A DNA stretch of 25,510 nt, taken from an uncultured Pseudomonadales bacterium. Its GTDB lineage: Bacteria; Patescibacteriota; Microgenomatia; UBA1400; PJMF01. The stretch spans positions 1 to 25,510 of the forward strand of contig CAZBMX010000001.1 of assembly GCA_964493195.1 (NCBI GenBank), in the 5' to 3' direction. Of the stretch, positions 15,680 to 24,668 are shown piece after piece; the stretch's first letter is position 1; the number at the start of each line of letters is the position of its first letter. The translations under genes and the position numbers were made by a program. A model generated the notes under the pieces. It was not told the origin of the DNA. It ran no database searches and worked only from the letters and a program-made list of their open reading frames with translations.

Positions 15680-17491
15680 CAGCGCCCTCCCCGTCATCGA
15701 CTCAGGCTTTGGTATGCCCATGACATGCAGCATAGTCGGAGCCACGTCTGCCAAAATGCCGGTAGGGAGCATGACTGGCTTGTTGGCATACTGATTTCCA
15801 ATGATGATGAATGGCACGGGGTAGGTTGAGTGTTCGGTATCAACTTCACCAGTTGTGTTGCTAATCATTTCTTCCACATTTCCGTGATCTGCGGTGATGA
15901 GTACAACACCATTTTGGGTGAGGACATGCGAAACAATTTGGCCGACTACTTCATCAAGAATCTCGCAAGCTCGGATCGCTGCCTCGAGATTGCCGGTGTG
16001 TCCAACCATGTCTCCGTTGCAAAGATTCGCGATCACTACATCGTATGTACCCTGTTGTAATCGGCTGATCATTTCTGATGCGATCTCGCGCGAACTCATT
16101 TCTGGCGCTTGATCATATGATTTGACTCCTTTGGAAGGCAGGATTACTCGATCTTCGCCAGGGTAGAGCACTTCCTGCTGGCCATTCATGTAGTAGGTGA
16201 CAAATCGCTCCTTTTCCGTTTCTGTCATGCGCAGCTGACGCAATCCTTGAGTCGCAAAAACTTTGCAGAGTGGATTCTTGACATTCTGGGGAGGAAACGC
16301 GACGTCCGTGGGCAAATTTTCTTCATATCGAGTCATGGTCACAAAGTACAAGTCGTTAATTGTTTTTTTACGGTAGAAAGTCTGCACCGATTCCGGCTGT
16401 TTCTGAATGTTTGTTTTTTCGTATTTTTCTGAGTACGGATCGAAAGCTGTGTGAATGATCCCTTGCTCGAAATCGGGCATCACGAAGGCGCGTGTGAGCT
16501 CGCGCGGTCGGTCAACCCGATAGTTGAAGAAAATAACTGCATCATGTTCTTCGATTGTGCGATGTGAGCCGTCGGTGTTGCAGATGCTAATGGGTTCAAT
16601 AAACTCATCCGTTATGCCCTTTGTGTACTGATCTTGTAGCACTGCAATTGGGTCCACCACGCAAGTGTTTGGACTGCCAAGTGTCAGAGCATCATACGCG
16701 CGCTCGATTCTGTCCCAGCGCATATCGCGATCCATGGCGTAATACCGACCCATTAGTGTTGCGATTTCGCCGACTCCCAAGCTGACGCACGCATCCATGA
16801 TCTGGCGAATGTAGTTGATACCTGAAGTTGGCGGCGAGTCGCGGCCGTCCGTGAAACCGTGAATGTACACTTTGAGTAAGCCTTGTGTTTTGCAGAAGTT
16901 GAGCAGTGCGTACAAATGCTCAATATTTGAGTGCACGCCCCCCGAGCCGATGAGACCCATCAAGTGCAGGGTGGAGTTGTTCCGTTTAACGTGTGCTACG
17001 GCGTTCAAAAATGCCGGTGTATTGCCAAAACTGCCATCAGCAATCGACATGTTAATCCGCGGTAGGTCTTGGTACACGATATGGCCCGCTCCAATGTTGA
17101 GGTGTCCTGTCTCTGTGTTGCCGTCCTCTCCTCTGGGCAGTCCAACTGCCTCGCCGCTCGCAGTCAATTGCGTGTGCGGATACGAGAGCCAATAGCGATC
17201 CATGTTGGGGGTCTTGGCACGCATGATTGCATTGCCTGCGTTGTTGGGGCCGATGCCCCAGCCATCTAAAACTAGGAGTACGGCAGGTTTGGGGCCATTG
17301 TATTGCTGACGCTGAAACGTTTCATTAAATGGCAGGCTGGTCACAATCGGAGTGATTCCCGCAGTTGCAGAAGTTTCTGCGACCGGAGCTGCAACAGCTG
17401 GCTCAGACGGCACTTGACCATCAGGCATAGTGATAACCTGTGGTTGGACGGGTGCCTGTGGGATGGGCGGCAGATTTGAGGTGTCAAACAT
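15674..17491 (-). CDS. gpmI: 2,3-bisphosphoglycerate-independent phosphoglycerate mutase
   Basis: VLLVLDGWG, GNTETGHLNIGAG, GRYYAMDRD, FNYRVDRPRE, NGDMVGHTG, TADHGNVE and TEHST; ~66-aa Pro/Ala-rich N-terminal extension. Confidence 0.95.
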   Translation of the reverse strand: MFDTSNLPPIPQAPVQPQVITMPDGQVPSEPAVAAPVAETSATAGITPIVTSLPFNETFQRQQYNGPKPAVLLVLDGWGIGPNNAGNAIMRAKTPNMDRYWLSYPHTQLTASGEAVGLPRGEDGNTETGHLNIGAGHIVYQDLPRINMSIADGSFGNTPAFLNAVAHVKRNNSTLHLMGLIGSGGVHSNIEHLYALLNFCKTQGLLKVYIHGFTDGRDSPPTSGINYIRQIMDACVSLGVGEIATLMGRYYAMDRDMRWDRIERAYDALTLGSPNTCVVDPIAVLQDQYTKGITDEFIEPISICNTDGSHRTIEEHDAVIFFNYRVDRPRELTRAFVMPDFEQGIIHTAFDPYSEKYEKTNIQKQPESVQTFYRKKTINDLYFVTMTRYEENLPTDVAFPPQNVKNPLCKVFATQGLRQLRMTETEKERFVTYYMNGQQEVLYPGEDRVILPSKGVKSYDQAPEMSSREIASEMISRLQQGTYDVVIANLCNGDMVGHTGNLEAAIRACEILDEVVGQIVSHVLTQNGVVLITADHGNVEEMISNTTGEVDTEHSTYPVPFIIIGNQYANKPVMLPTGILADVAPTMLHVMGIPKPESMTGRALL

Positions 17492-17512
17492 AACTGAGCA
17501 GTTCTGTGCAAC

Positions 17513-18796
17513 CTAGGCAGCAGCAGCGGGTTCTGCTTGCTGGCTTTGGCTGATTTCGTGGGCAATTTGCAGTAACCGGTTGTACTTGGCTACGCGCTCG
17601 CCGCGATTGGGTGGGCCAAACTTGGTGTACTCGGCACCCACACCAACGGCAAAATCTGCGATGATGTCGTCATTGGTCTCGCCGCTGCGGTGTGAGACGA
17701 TGACCTGCCAGCCAGCCGCTTTGGCGTGGCGAATGACTTCGACGACTTCGCTGATGGTGCCGATTTGATTTGGCTTGACCATGAGGGTGTTGCAGGTTTT
17801 GTTGGCAATGGCTTGCTCGGTTTTTTTGAGGTTGGTGGCGAGAAAACTGTCACCCACGACTTTAGTAGTTTCACCCATCTCGGCAGTCATTTGTTTCCAG
17901 CTGTCGAGGTCATCGTCGTGGAATGGATCCTCAATATAAAACACATGATACAGATTGCGCAGTCGTTTGTAGTACTCGAGCATTTCTTGGCTGCTGTATG
18001 GCTGTTGGCGGTCCTTGAGTTTGTACTTGCCGTTCTCAAACAGTTCGTTTGCCTCAGCATCGATGCCAAAGAATAGATCTTGGGCGAAGGTGTATGGCGT
18101 GGCTTTGACTGCTTCAATTAAAATCTCAAACACGTCGCTGTTGTTGTACAAGTTGGGGGTGAAGCCGCCAATAATACCCGTTGAGTGGATGGCACCCTTC
18201 ATTGCCAGAATTTCATCTAGCTTGTGATAGAACGTCACGGCCATGTTGAGAGAAGTATTGAAGTCTATGTGCGTAGCGGGGATGATGTCAAACTCTTGCA
18301 AATCAAGGTTGTCCGCTCCGTGTGCGCCACCGTTGACCATGGTGTAAATGCAGCTTGGCATGGTTAGACTATTGGTGAGCTGATATTTTTCGAGTACATA
18401 GTAGTACAGGGGCAAATTTTGTTTCAGGGCTCCCGCCTTGAGTACAGCTTGTGACACAGCCAAGATAGCGTTTGCACCCAGTTTAGATTTGTCCTCAGTT
18501 CCATCAAGTTGAGTGAGGAGTGTGTCAATTTCCTCCTGTTGGGATGGATCCTTGCCAATAATTTGGGGGGCGATCACGGTATTGATATTGTTGACGGCCT
18601 GCAACACTCCCCTGCCCGCCATGTGGTTGGGGTCTTTGTCTCGCAACTCGTGAGCTTCATATTTACCCACCGAAGTGCCAGAGGGCACACTGGTGGCAAC
18701 AATCTGCCCGCTGTCGAGCCATAGTGTTGCCTCGATGGTTGGAATGGCGCGCGAATCAAGTACTTCGCGTGCATAGATGCCTTGGATGACTGCCAT
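17513..18796 (-). CDS. eno: Enolase (the catalytic GDEGG motif reads GIIGG)
   Basis: AREVLDSRAIPTIE, VPSGTSVG, NGGAHG..QEF, IEDPF, VVGD, VKPNQIGT, SHRSGET and GERVAKYNRLL; RBS AAGGAG upstream. Confidence 0.93.
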   Translation of the reverse strand: MAVIQGIYAREVLDSRAIPTIEATLWLDSGQIVATSVPSGTSVGKYEAHELRDKDPNHMAGRGVLQAVNNINTVIAPQIIGKDPSQQEEIDTLLTQLDGTEDKSKLGANAILAVSQAVLKAGALKQNLPLYYYVLEKYQLTNSLTMPSCIYTMVNGGAHGADNLDLQEFDIIPATHIDFNTSLNMAVTFYHKLDEILAMKGAIHSTGIIGGFTPNLYNNSDVFEILIEAVKATPYTFAQDLFFGIDAEANELFENGKYKLKDRQQPYSSQEMLEYYKRLRNLYHVFYIEDPFHDDDLDSWKQMTAEMGETTKVVGDSFLATNLKKTEQAIANKTCNTLMVKPNQIGTISEVVEVIRHAKAAGWQVIVSHRSGETNDDIIADFAVGVGAEYTKFGPPNRGERVAKYNRLLQIAHEISQSQQAEPAAAA

Positions 18797-18804
18797 AAAA
18801 CTCC

Positions 18805-20643
18805 TTATGATCTGGTTGGTGCCGTAAACAGCGAGCGTTCCGCTTCCATAATACTGGCTTTGGCCACAGATGCAACGTTGGGGCGAACGATGACGCCGTG
18901 GACTCCTTTGCGTACTGCAGTGGTGAGCGCCTGATCATCAAAATGACGCAAATACACTACGGTTTTCAACTGACCAAGTGGCGTGTGTTGCTTGACGATG
19001 TGGTCAAGCAGGTATTCGTACACTGCGTGTGGAAAGCTGTACGCCTCCTGCAATTCAGGTCGATCGGCGTCAATACCAAGGCTGAGGGCCAACACGCTGG
19101 AAACGTTTACCACGATGCCAGCTAACTCACTGAGTGGATATGCAGCAAAATTGATACAGTTTTCTGGAGTGTTGAGCTGTAGCCAGATGCCGGCAAAGTG
19201 CGGGCTGCGCAGATTCCGCTCCTTGACCTGCAGTACGAGCCGCCGAGCTTCCTCAGGGCTACGGACGAAGGGAAACAGAATGCCAAGTGGCGCAGTTGCC
19301 TGCTCCAGTGCATCGCGAAACGTGTCGAGCTGGAAGTTGAGAAGCTCGGGGTACTGCAATTGCTTGAGAGCACCGCGCATGCCGATGGCTGGGTTTGTCT
19401 CTGCCTCGGTGTAGCTAGCGCTTGATCGCAGACCTAAAAGTTCAGCAGAAGTGAAGTTTTCTGTCCGAAACAAAATGAGCCGACCCTTCGCCTCGCGCTG
19501 GTATGCACTGATCGTGTGCAGCATGGCTTGGCGAAGCGCATCCCGGCTTGGACTGTTCAACAGGTGTTCTGGATGGGTACCGAACTGAGCCAGATAGTAC
19601 TCACTGCGGAGTACTCCAACTCCGTCAACTGGTTGCGCCAGGTACTCCCCAGCTTTGTCCGGGTTGCCGGCGGTAATGTAGAGTTGGGTGACCGTTTTGC
19701 CAGATGGGTGCTTGACTACGGGGGCTGCTGGTTCACTGTCTGTTTCGGTGTCGCTGACGCCGGTTATATACAGCGTGTTGTCTGCTTTGATCCACGTGAT
19801 ACTGACTTGCTCGAGGGTTTGCCGCTTGAGTCGTAGCACCAGATGAGCGAGCGCACGAGCTTCAGCTTCGCTCAGTGGCTGTTGCTCTTTTTCTTCTGAA
19901 GTCAGTTTTTCTGTGATGAGTTCGCCGCTACCCTGAATGAGTTTATGGCGCTGCTGATGCGGCCGTTGTTCAACGACTGCCATGGTGCGTACATCCACGG
20001 CGACTTCTGCGCCGGCAGCCATTTCGGGTTCAGCAAAACTACCCCAGACAGCTGAGATATGCACACGCGTTTTATCGTGTGTACCCGGTTTTTGTGAGTA
20101 GGCTGTGCCGGAGGCAACTGCTTGGGGTTGGCGGGTGATCAGAATAGCGGTTGGTCCGACAATGTCTGATACTGATCGGTGACGGTGCGTGTTGTGTACG
20201 AGCTGGTGGGCGATTAGTGCTGACCACACGTCTAGCACCGCCTGGATGAGCGTGGCATCCCCCATCACCAGCGGAACTTTAGTGTCGGTTAGTTCGCTGG
20301 CATAGACTTGCACGGTATCAGCTTGCAGGTACTCATGGTAGGCAGCTGAAAGTGTGTGCAGAAATGTTTGATCCAGATGAACTTGTTTGAGTAGGTGCAC
20401 TATATGTTCGCGCACCGCATCTATCTGTAGGTTGGCTCGATTACGCTGCAGCTGTTCAATTTTGAGATGGAACTGAGCATCCTGGGCCAGCTGGATGAGT
20501 GTTGTAGAAGGAATACACAGACTAGCAGGGATGGGCAGTTGCTGTTCCCAAAGTGATCCGAGTAACACACCAGAAGCACCAATGCTGCTGCGGGCAGCAA
20601 TGGGTAGCTCAGCTAATTGGTAAATTATATGTCTGGCAGGCAC
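18805..20643 (-). CDS. Degenerate PEP synthase (PpsA)-like protein: PPDK N-terminal-like plus PEP-utiliser C-terminal domain, no phosphohistidine domain
   Basis: VDGVGVLRSEY, EAETNPAIGMRG and LFPFVRS resemble the PEP-binding barrel, and the N-terminus resembles the ATP-grasp domain. GTG start 6 nt after TATGAT. Confidence 0.75.
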   Translation of the reverse strand: MPARHIIYQLAELPIAARSSIGASGVLLGSLWEQQLPIPASLCIPSTTLIQLAQDAQFHLKIEQLQRNRANLQIDAVREHIVHLLKQVHLDQTFLHTLSAAYHEYLQADTVQVYASELTDTKVPLVMGDATLIQAVLDVWSALIAHQLVHNTHRHRSVSDIVGPTAILITRQPQAVASGTAYSQKPGTHDKTRVHISAVWGSFAEPEMAAGAEVAVDVRTMAVVEQRPHQQRHKLIQGSGELITEKLTSEEKEQQPLSEAEARALAHLVLRLKRQTLEQVSITWIKADNTLYITGVSDTETDSEPAAPVVKHPSGKTVTQLYITAGNPDKAGEYLAQPVDGVGVLRSEYYLAQFGTHPEHLLNSPSRDALRQAMLHTISAYQREAKGRLILFRTENFTSAELLGLRSSASYTEAETNPAIGMRGALKQLQYPELLNFQLDTFRDALEQATAPLGILFPFVRSPEEARRLVLQVKERNLRSPHFAGIWLQLNTPENCINFAAYPLSELAGIVVNVSSVLALSLGIDADRPELQEAYSFPHAVYEYLLDHIVKQHTPLGQLKTVVYLRHFDDQALTTAVRKGVHGVIVRPNVASVAKASIMEAERSLFTAPTRS

Positions 20644-20651
20644 GATTTCAT

Positions 20652-20680
20652 CATAGCGCAGATGTGGTGGTTGCGCTATG
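20652..20680. terminator. 9-bp hairpin between the PGI/PMI stop and the PpsA-like start (terminator-like or regulatory)
   Basis: CATAGCGCA (20652-20660) / TGCGCTATG (20672-20680) with an 11-nt loop. There is no U-tract on the minus strand, and it overlaps the putative -10 of the PpsA-like gene. Confidence 0.35.
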
Positions 20681-20689
20681 GGTTGTTGT

Positions 20690-21775
20690 TTACTTCGCCC
20701 TCTTCTTCAACTCCCCCTTAAACCAATCCACCCAAGGAATCGGTGCTGGGTCCTGGTTGTACAGCATAGCCAGGTAAAAGTTGGCATAGGCGCCAAAGGT
20801 GATGAGTTCGAATGCCTGCCCGAGCTTAGTGTGGCTTTCCAATGCCAGCTGTGTGTGCTCGATGTGATTTTGATCCAGAACTTCTGCAGTCAAGTCCATC
20901 CGCAGGCTATTGTTGGGTTGGTAGAGGTTCGATTTGATCAGAACATACAGTAAATTCAGCGCGTTTGTATCAGGATTCTTCAGCCCTTCCATCAGGTGGT
21001 GGTTTAGCTCTGGTACCACTCGGTACTCGGAGTAGGTCTTGGCATTTTCGTTGAGCTGATTAGCAAAGACATGCCCAGAGCCTTCCAGGTGTTCGTACAC
21101 GGTGACGATTGGAATCCGGCTTACCATCTGGAACGCGAGCAGTTTGGCAATATTGTCCGCTTGGGGGACATGGACGCTGGCCTTGAGGTGCATGCTGGCA
21201 ATGGCTTGCAAAACCGATTGGTACAGATCATCGGTGATGCTGAGCAAACCAGTTTGGGCGAACAAGGCAATCTGGCCAAAGACCGAGTACCCGAGCGCCA
21301 TCCGGGGTTGGTTGGATGGGTTGTACTTGGCCTCGAAAACCAGGGTTGGGCAGCTATGCTCGGCTAGCAGCTCCGCTAGTGTGCCGCCTGTGGTGATGCC
21401 GACGACTTTGGCACCTTTTTTGAGCGCGTCTTGGGCGGCAGCGATTGTTTCTTCCGTTGCACCAGAGTAGCTGGAGGCAATCACAAGAGTGCGCTGATTC
21501 ACAAATCGCGGTAGGCTGTAATCTGGAACCAGTAGCACTGGTAAACGCAGTTCGTCCTTGAACACAGTTTGAATCACGTGTGTGCCCAAGGCAGATCCAC
21601 CCATGCCGGCTACCACCACGTTGTCAACATCCCGGAAGCTTGGATCAATGTGCACACTCCGAGCGGTGTCCCACACGTGTTGGACTTGATCACTGAGTTG
21701 TTCGACGGAACCAAGCACATTGGACTTGTCAACTGCACTGATGGCGGCGCGGTCTTCGAGGATGGAGGTGGGCAT
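20690..21775 (-). CDS. Bifunctional phosphoglucose/phosphomannose isomerase (SIS domains)
   Basis: VVVAGMGGSALG, IASSYSGATEET, QPRMALGY, QLNENAK and PELNHHLMEG. Confidence 0.9.
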   Translation of the reverse strand: MPTSILEDRAAISAVDKSNVLGSVEQLSDQVQHVWDTARSVHIDPSFRDVDNVVVAGMGGSALGTHVIQTVFKDELRLPVLLVPDYSLPRFVNQRTLVIASSYSGATEETIAAAQDALKKGAKVVGITTGGTLAELLAEHSCPTLVFEAKYNPSNQPRMALGYSVFGQIALFAQTGLLSITDDLYQSVLQAIASMHLKASVHVPQADNIAKLLAFQMVSRIPIVTVYEHLEGSGHVFANQLNENAKTYSEYRVVPELNHHLMEGLKNPDTNALNLLYVLIKSNLYQPNNSLRMDLTAEVLDQNHIEHTQLALESHTKLGQAFELITFGAYANFYLAMLYNQDPAPIPWVDWFKGELKKRAK

Positions 21776-21777
21776 GG

Positions 21778-23148
21778 TTAGCTTTCTGTGACTGCTGATT
21801 TAATGAGTGCGAGCACTTCATCTCGCTTCTCTTCCATCATAACTTTGTCTTTAGCTTCAAGATTAAGTCGAACAAGTGGCTCAGTGTTTGAAGCACGAAC
21901 ATTAAAGTTGCAGTCATCGTAGACAATGGACACGCCATCGACGTGAAGCACCTCTTTGGCAGCCGGACCATAGATTTCTTCAAGTTTTTTGAATAAGCCC
22001 GCACTGTCCATAACGCCGCGCGTATTGATCTCTCCAGAAATGAAATATTGGCTTTCCATCGCATCAACGACCGTAGCCAATGTTTCGTCACTCTGACTAA
22101 ACATTTCGAGCAAGTACATCATCGGCGCCAGTCCCGAATCGCAAAAATAAAAGTCTTTAAAGTAATAATGTCCAGTGACTTCACCGCCAAACACAGCATC
22201 TTCCTGCATCATTCTTGCTTTGATGTACGAGTGCCCAACGCGATTGTATAGGGCTGTTCCACCAAGTTTTGTAATTGTGTCTGGCACCGCATGAGATGCG
22301 CGAATGTCGTAGACAATTGTGGCATTTGGTTGCTTTTGTAAAAAGTACTTTGAGAGTATTGCAGTCATGAAATCGCCTGACACAAAACGACCGGTGGAAT
22401 CGATGCAAAAAAATCTGTCGCCATCCGGGTCGAAGGCAAATCCATATGCAGCTTTTTCTGCGGGGACTCTAGTTTGGAGTTCTCGACGATTTTCCTCCTG
22501 GAGCGGATCTCCCCCATGGTTGGGAAAGGTGCCATCAGGCTCGAAATACATGGGGACTAGTTCGAGTTGTGGGATGTGTTTTGCCAAAGCAGTCAAGGAG
22601 GGACCTACCATGCCATTGGCAGTGTCAGCTAGCACCTTACATGGTTTGATTTTGTTTACATCAACAAGGGAGAGTATTTTGGTTACAAACTCTTCCATCA
22701 AATCCCAGTGCTCAAGGTTGCCTTTTTCAGCAACATCCGCCGGAAGATCGTCTTGTAAAATTGCTTCTCTCATTGCATCAATTCCGTCACTGCCTGTGAG
22801 TAGTTGTGGTATTTGTCTTACCATTTTGAAGCCGTTGTACTCTTTTGGGTTGTGACTTGCGGTCACCATAATTCCAGGTAGTTTTTTAGTTGCACAGGCA
22901 AAATAGTACATGTCTGTTGAAACCATACCAACATCTATGACATGAACACCGACAGCTCTCAGGGTATCAATCAAGATTTGACTCAATGTGGGACTTGAAA
23001 CTCTGCCATCTCGACCAACGATCACAATCGTTGGCGAAATCGCTTTGGCAAAGGCTCGCGCTATTGCGGCGGCAGTCTCATCAAACAGGTTTTTGCCGTA
23101 CACTCCTCTAATGTCATATGCTTTGAAGATTGTGGAGTCAACGTTCAT
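21778..23148 (-). CDS. Phosphomannomutase/phosphoglucomutase (alpha-D-phosphohexomutase)
   Basis: IFKAYDIRG, VTASHNPKEYNG, FDPDGDRF, GGEVTGHYYF and VRASNTEPLVRLNLEA. Start placed at ATG 23148 after an AAAGG RBS. Confidence 0.93.
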   Translation of the reverse strand: MNVDSTIFKAYDIRGVYGKNLFDETAAAIARAFAKAISPTIVIVGRDGRVSSPTLSQILIDTLRAVGVHVIDVGMVSTDMYYFACATKKLPGIMVTASHNPKEYNGFKMVRQIPQLLTGSDGIDAMREAILQDDLPADVAEKGNLEHWDLMEEFVTKILSLVDVNKIKPCKVLADTANGMVGPSLTALAKHIPQLELVPMYFEPDGTFPNHGGDPLQEENRRELQTRVPAEKAAYGFAFDPDGDRFFCIDSTGRFVSGDFMTAILSKYFLQKQPNATIVYDIRASHAVPDTITKLGGTALYNRVGHSYIKARMMQEDAVFGGEVTGHYYFKDFYFCDSGLAPMMYLLEMFSQSDETLATVVDAMESQYFISGEINTRGVMDSAGLFKKLEEIYGPAAKEVLHVDGVSIVYDDCNFNVRASNTEPLVRLNLEAKDKVMMEEKRDEVLALIKSAVTES

Positions 23149-23201
23149 GAGCGCCTTTCTGCAGTATGAAAAAAGTATGACAAAGTATGATCCCAACTAC
23201 T

Positions 23202-23900
23202 TTACTCCTGTATAGTCAATAAATCAAGTTCTTGGGCTAGGGTAAGTGTAGCTTTCCCGGTCTTGTGTGTCCAGTCTATATCGAGCAGTTTGGAGTGCAG
23301 GCGCAGCAGTTTCTCCAGACTAAACAGCGCTGCTTGCTTCTTGAGCTGTGCCACCGCAAACGGATGTCCAGCCACACTGCCTGCGTCTTTGACAATCAGC
23401 AACTGCCGAACCTGCCGGCACAGCATGATGAAACAAAACTGGTCGCTGTCCGCAGCAATTGATTGCTGCAGCAACTCAAGCTTTTTTTTGATGGGCTGTG
23501 TAGTGCCGATGGACTGCAGCCAAGAAAATAAACTGGAGCTGGCTTTGCAGTGTTCGACTTTGGCTCCCTGAAACTGCTTGAGCATGGTGGGTGTCAGATC
23601 GCGCTTCTCCCACAACACAACGGGTATAGAACTTTTGGCAACTGCGGCAATTAGGCTGTTTTTGCGGCTAGATCGTGGCAGTGAGTGCAGTTCTTCCAAC
23701 ACAATCAGCTTGTCAGTGCCAAACAGGTCACTGCTTCCCAGCTGTGTTTCCAACTCTGCTTCTGTCAAATTTTTTGCTTGCAGGCGTACCACGGTGACGC
23801 CATTAGCCCGTGCTTGATCCAGCAGCTGAGCCAAGATCGTGCGCGAGGCGACCGTATGTTCGCCATGCAAGATGGTGATAGGAGTTGTTTCGCGCGGCAT
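23202..23900 (-). CDS. holA: DNA polymerase III delta subunit-like protein (compact form)
   Basis: ITILHGE, DLFGTDKLIVLE and C-terminal HPFAVAQLKKQAALFSLEKLLRLHSKLLDID..KTG. ATG 23900 directly follows the upstream stop (TAA-T-ATG). Confidence 0.75.
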   Translation of the reverse strand: MPRETTPITILHGEHTVASRTILAQLLDQARANGVTVVRLQAKNLTEAELETQLGSSDLFGTDKLIVLEELHSLPRSSRKNSLIAAVAKSSIPVVLWEKRDLTPTMLKQFQGAKVEHCKASSSLFSWLQSIGTTQPIKKKLELLQQSIAADSDQFCFIMLCRQVRQLLIVKDAGSVAGHPFAVAQLKKQAALFSLEKLLRLHSKLLDIDWTHKTGKATLTLAQELDLLTIQE

Positions 23901-23901
23901 A

Positions 23902-24612
23902 TTAATCTTCTGCAACTTGAGTGCGTTTGAGCCACCCTCGCTGTTTAGGATACTCTGGACAGTGAGTGCGGACAATATCCCAAAACGCTTTGGAGTGATT
24001 CATTTGCTTGCGATGCGCCAGCTCGTGTATCAGCACATACTCGATGACAGCAGGCGGGTGATGTACCAGCCGCCAGTTGAAGGATAGAGCGCCCGTACTG
24101 CTGCAGCTGCCCCAGCGGGTTTTTTGCTCACGCACATGCACAGTTGAGTACGTCACTCCCATTTGTTTGGCAAGCACGGGCAGTCGGTGGCTCAGGTACT
24201 CAGTGATAGTTTTTTTGTACAGTCGATCAAGGTGTGTGCGTAGAGATTTTTTGATGGCTGGTTGGTTTTTGGGGAGTGCCGGGTCGTGGACGGGGTTAAA
24301 CAAGGCGGTCGTATCGGTGAGTCGGAGCCCCAGTTTGTGCGCTGCGCTGTATTCAATTTGTATTGGGTAGGTTTTGCCAAACAGCAGAATCGTGTCCGCA
24401 GGCACGGTGCTAGTGTGTTTGATGGCATTTGCTTTGGCCTGAGTGATCCAGGCCTGGTTCTGCGCCACAAAACGGTCGATCAGGAACCTGGGTGTGAACC
24501 GAGGACTGGTCACGACGACCTCGCCGGTGCGCGACACCGAAATCTTGATGCGCCGGGCGCGTGCGGTTACTTTGTGCGTGTATGGAATCGTTGGTGCGCT
24601 GTTTGGCCACAT
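23902..24612 (-). CDS. YgjP/DUF45-family SprT-like zinc metallohydrolase
   Basis: ARARRIKISV, QKTRWGSCS, LSFNWRL and HExxH in YVLIHELAHRKQMNHSKAFW. Confidence 0.9.
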   Translation of the reverse strand: MWPNSAPTIPYTHKVTARARRIKISVSRTGEVVVTSPRFTPRFLIDRFVAQNQAWITQAKANAIKHTSTVPADTILLFGKTYPIQIEYSAAHKLGLRLTDTTALFNPVHDPALPKNQPAIKKSLRTHLDRLYKKTITEYLSHRLPVLAKQMGVTYSTVHVREQKTRWGSCSSTGALSFNWRLVHHPPAVIEYVLIHELAHRKQMNHSKAFWDIVRTHCPEYPKQRGWLKRTQVAED

Positions 24613-24668
24613 TGCACTTGTATGGTATCACGCTAACTACAGGAGCAATTTTTGCTCAGGTAGGTTAA

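Noticed and set aside
24643-24657. Small hairpin GAGCAA-TTT-TTGCTC upstream of E2
   Set aside because: A 6-bp stem with a 3-nt loop and no U-tract; too weak to call on its own.
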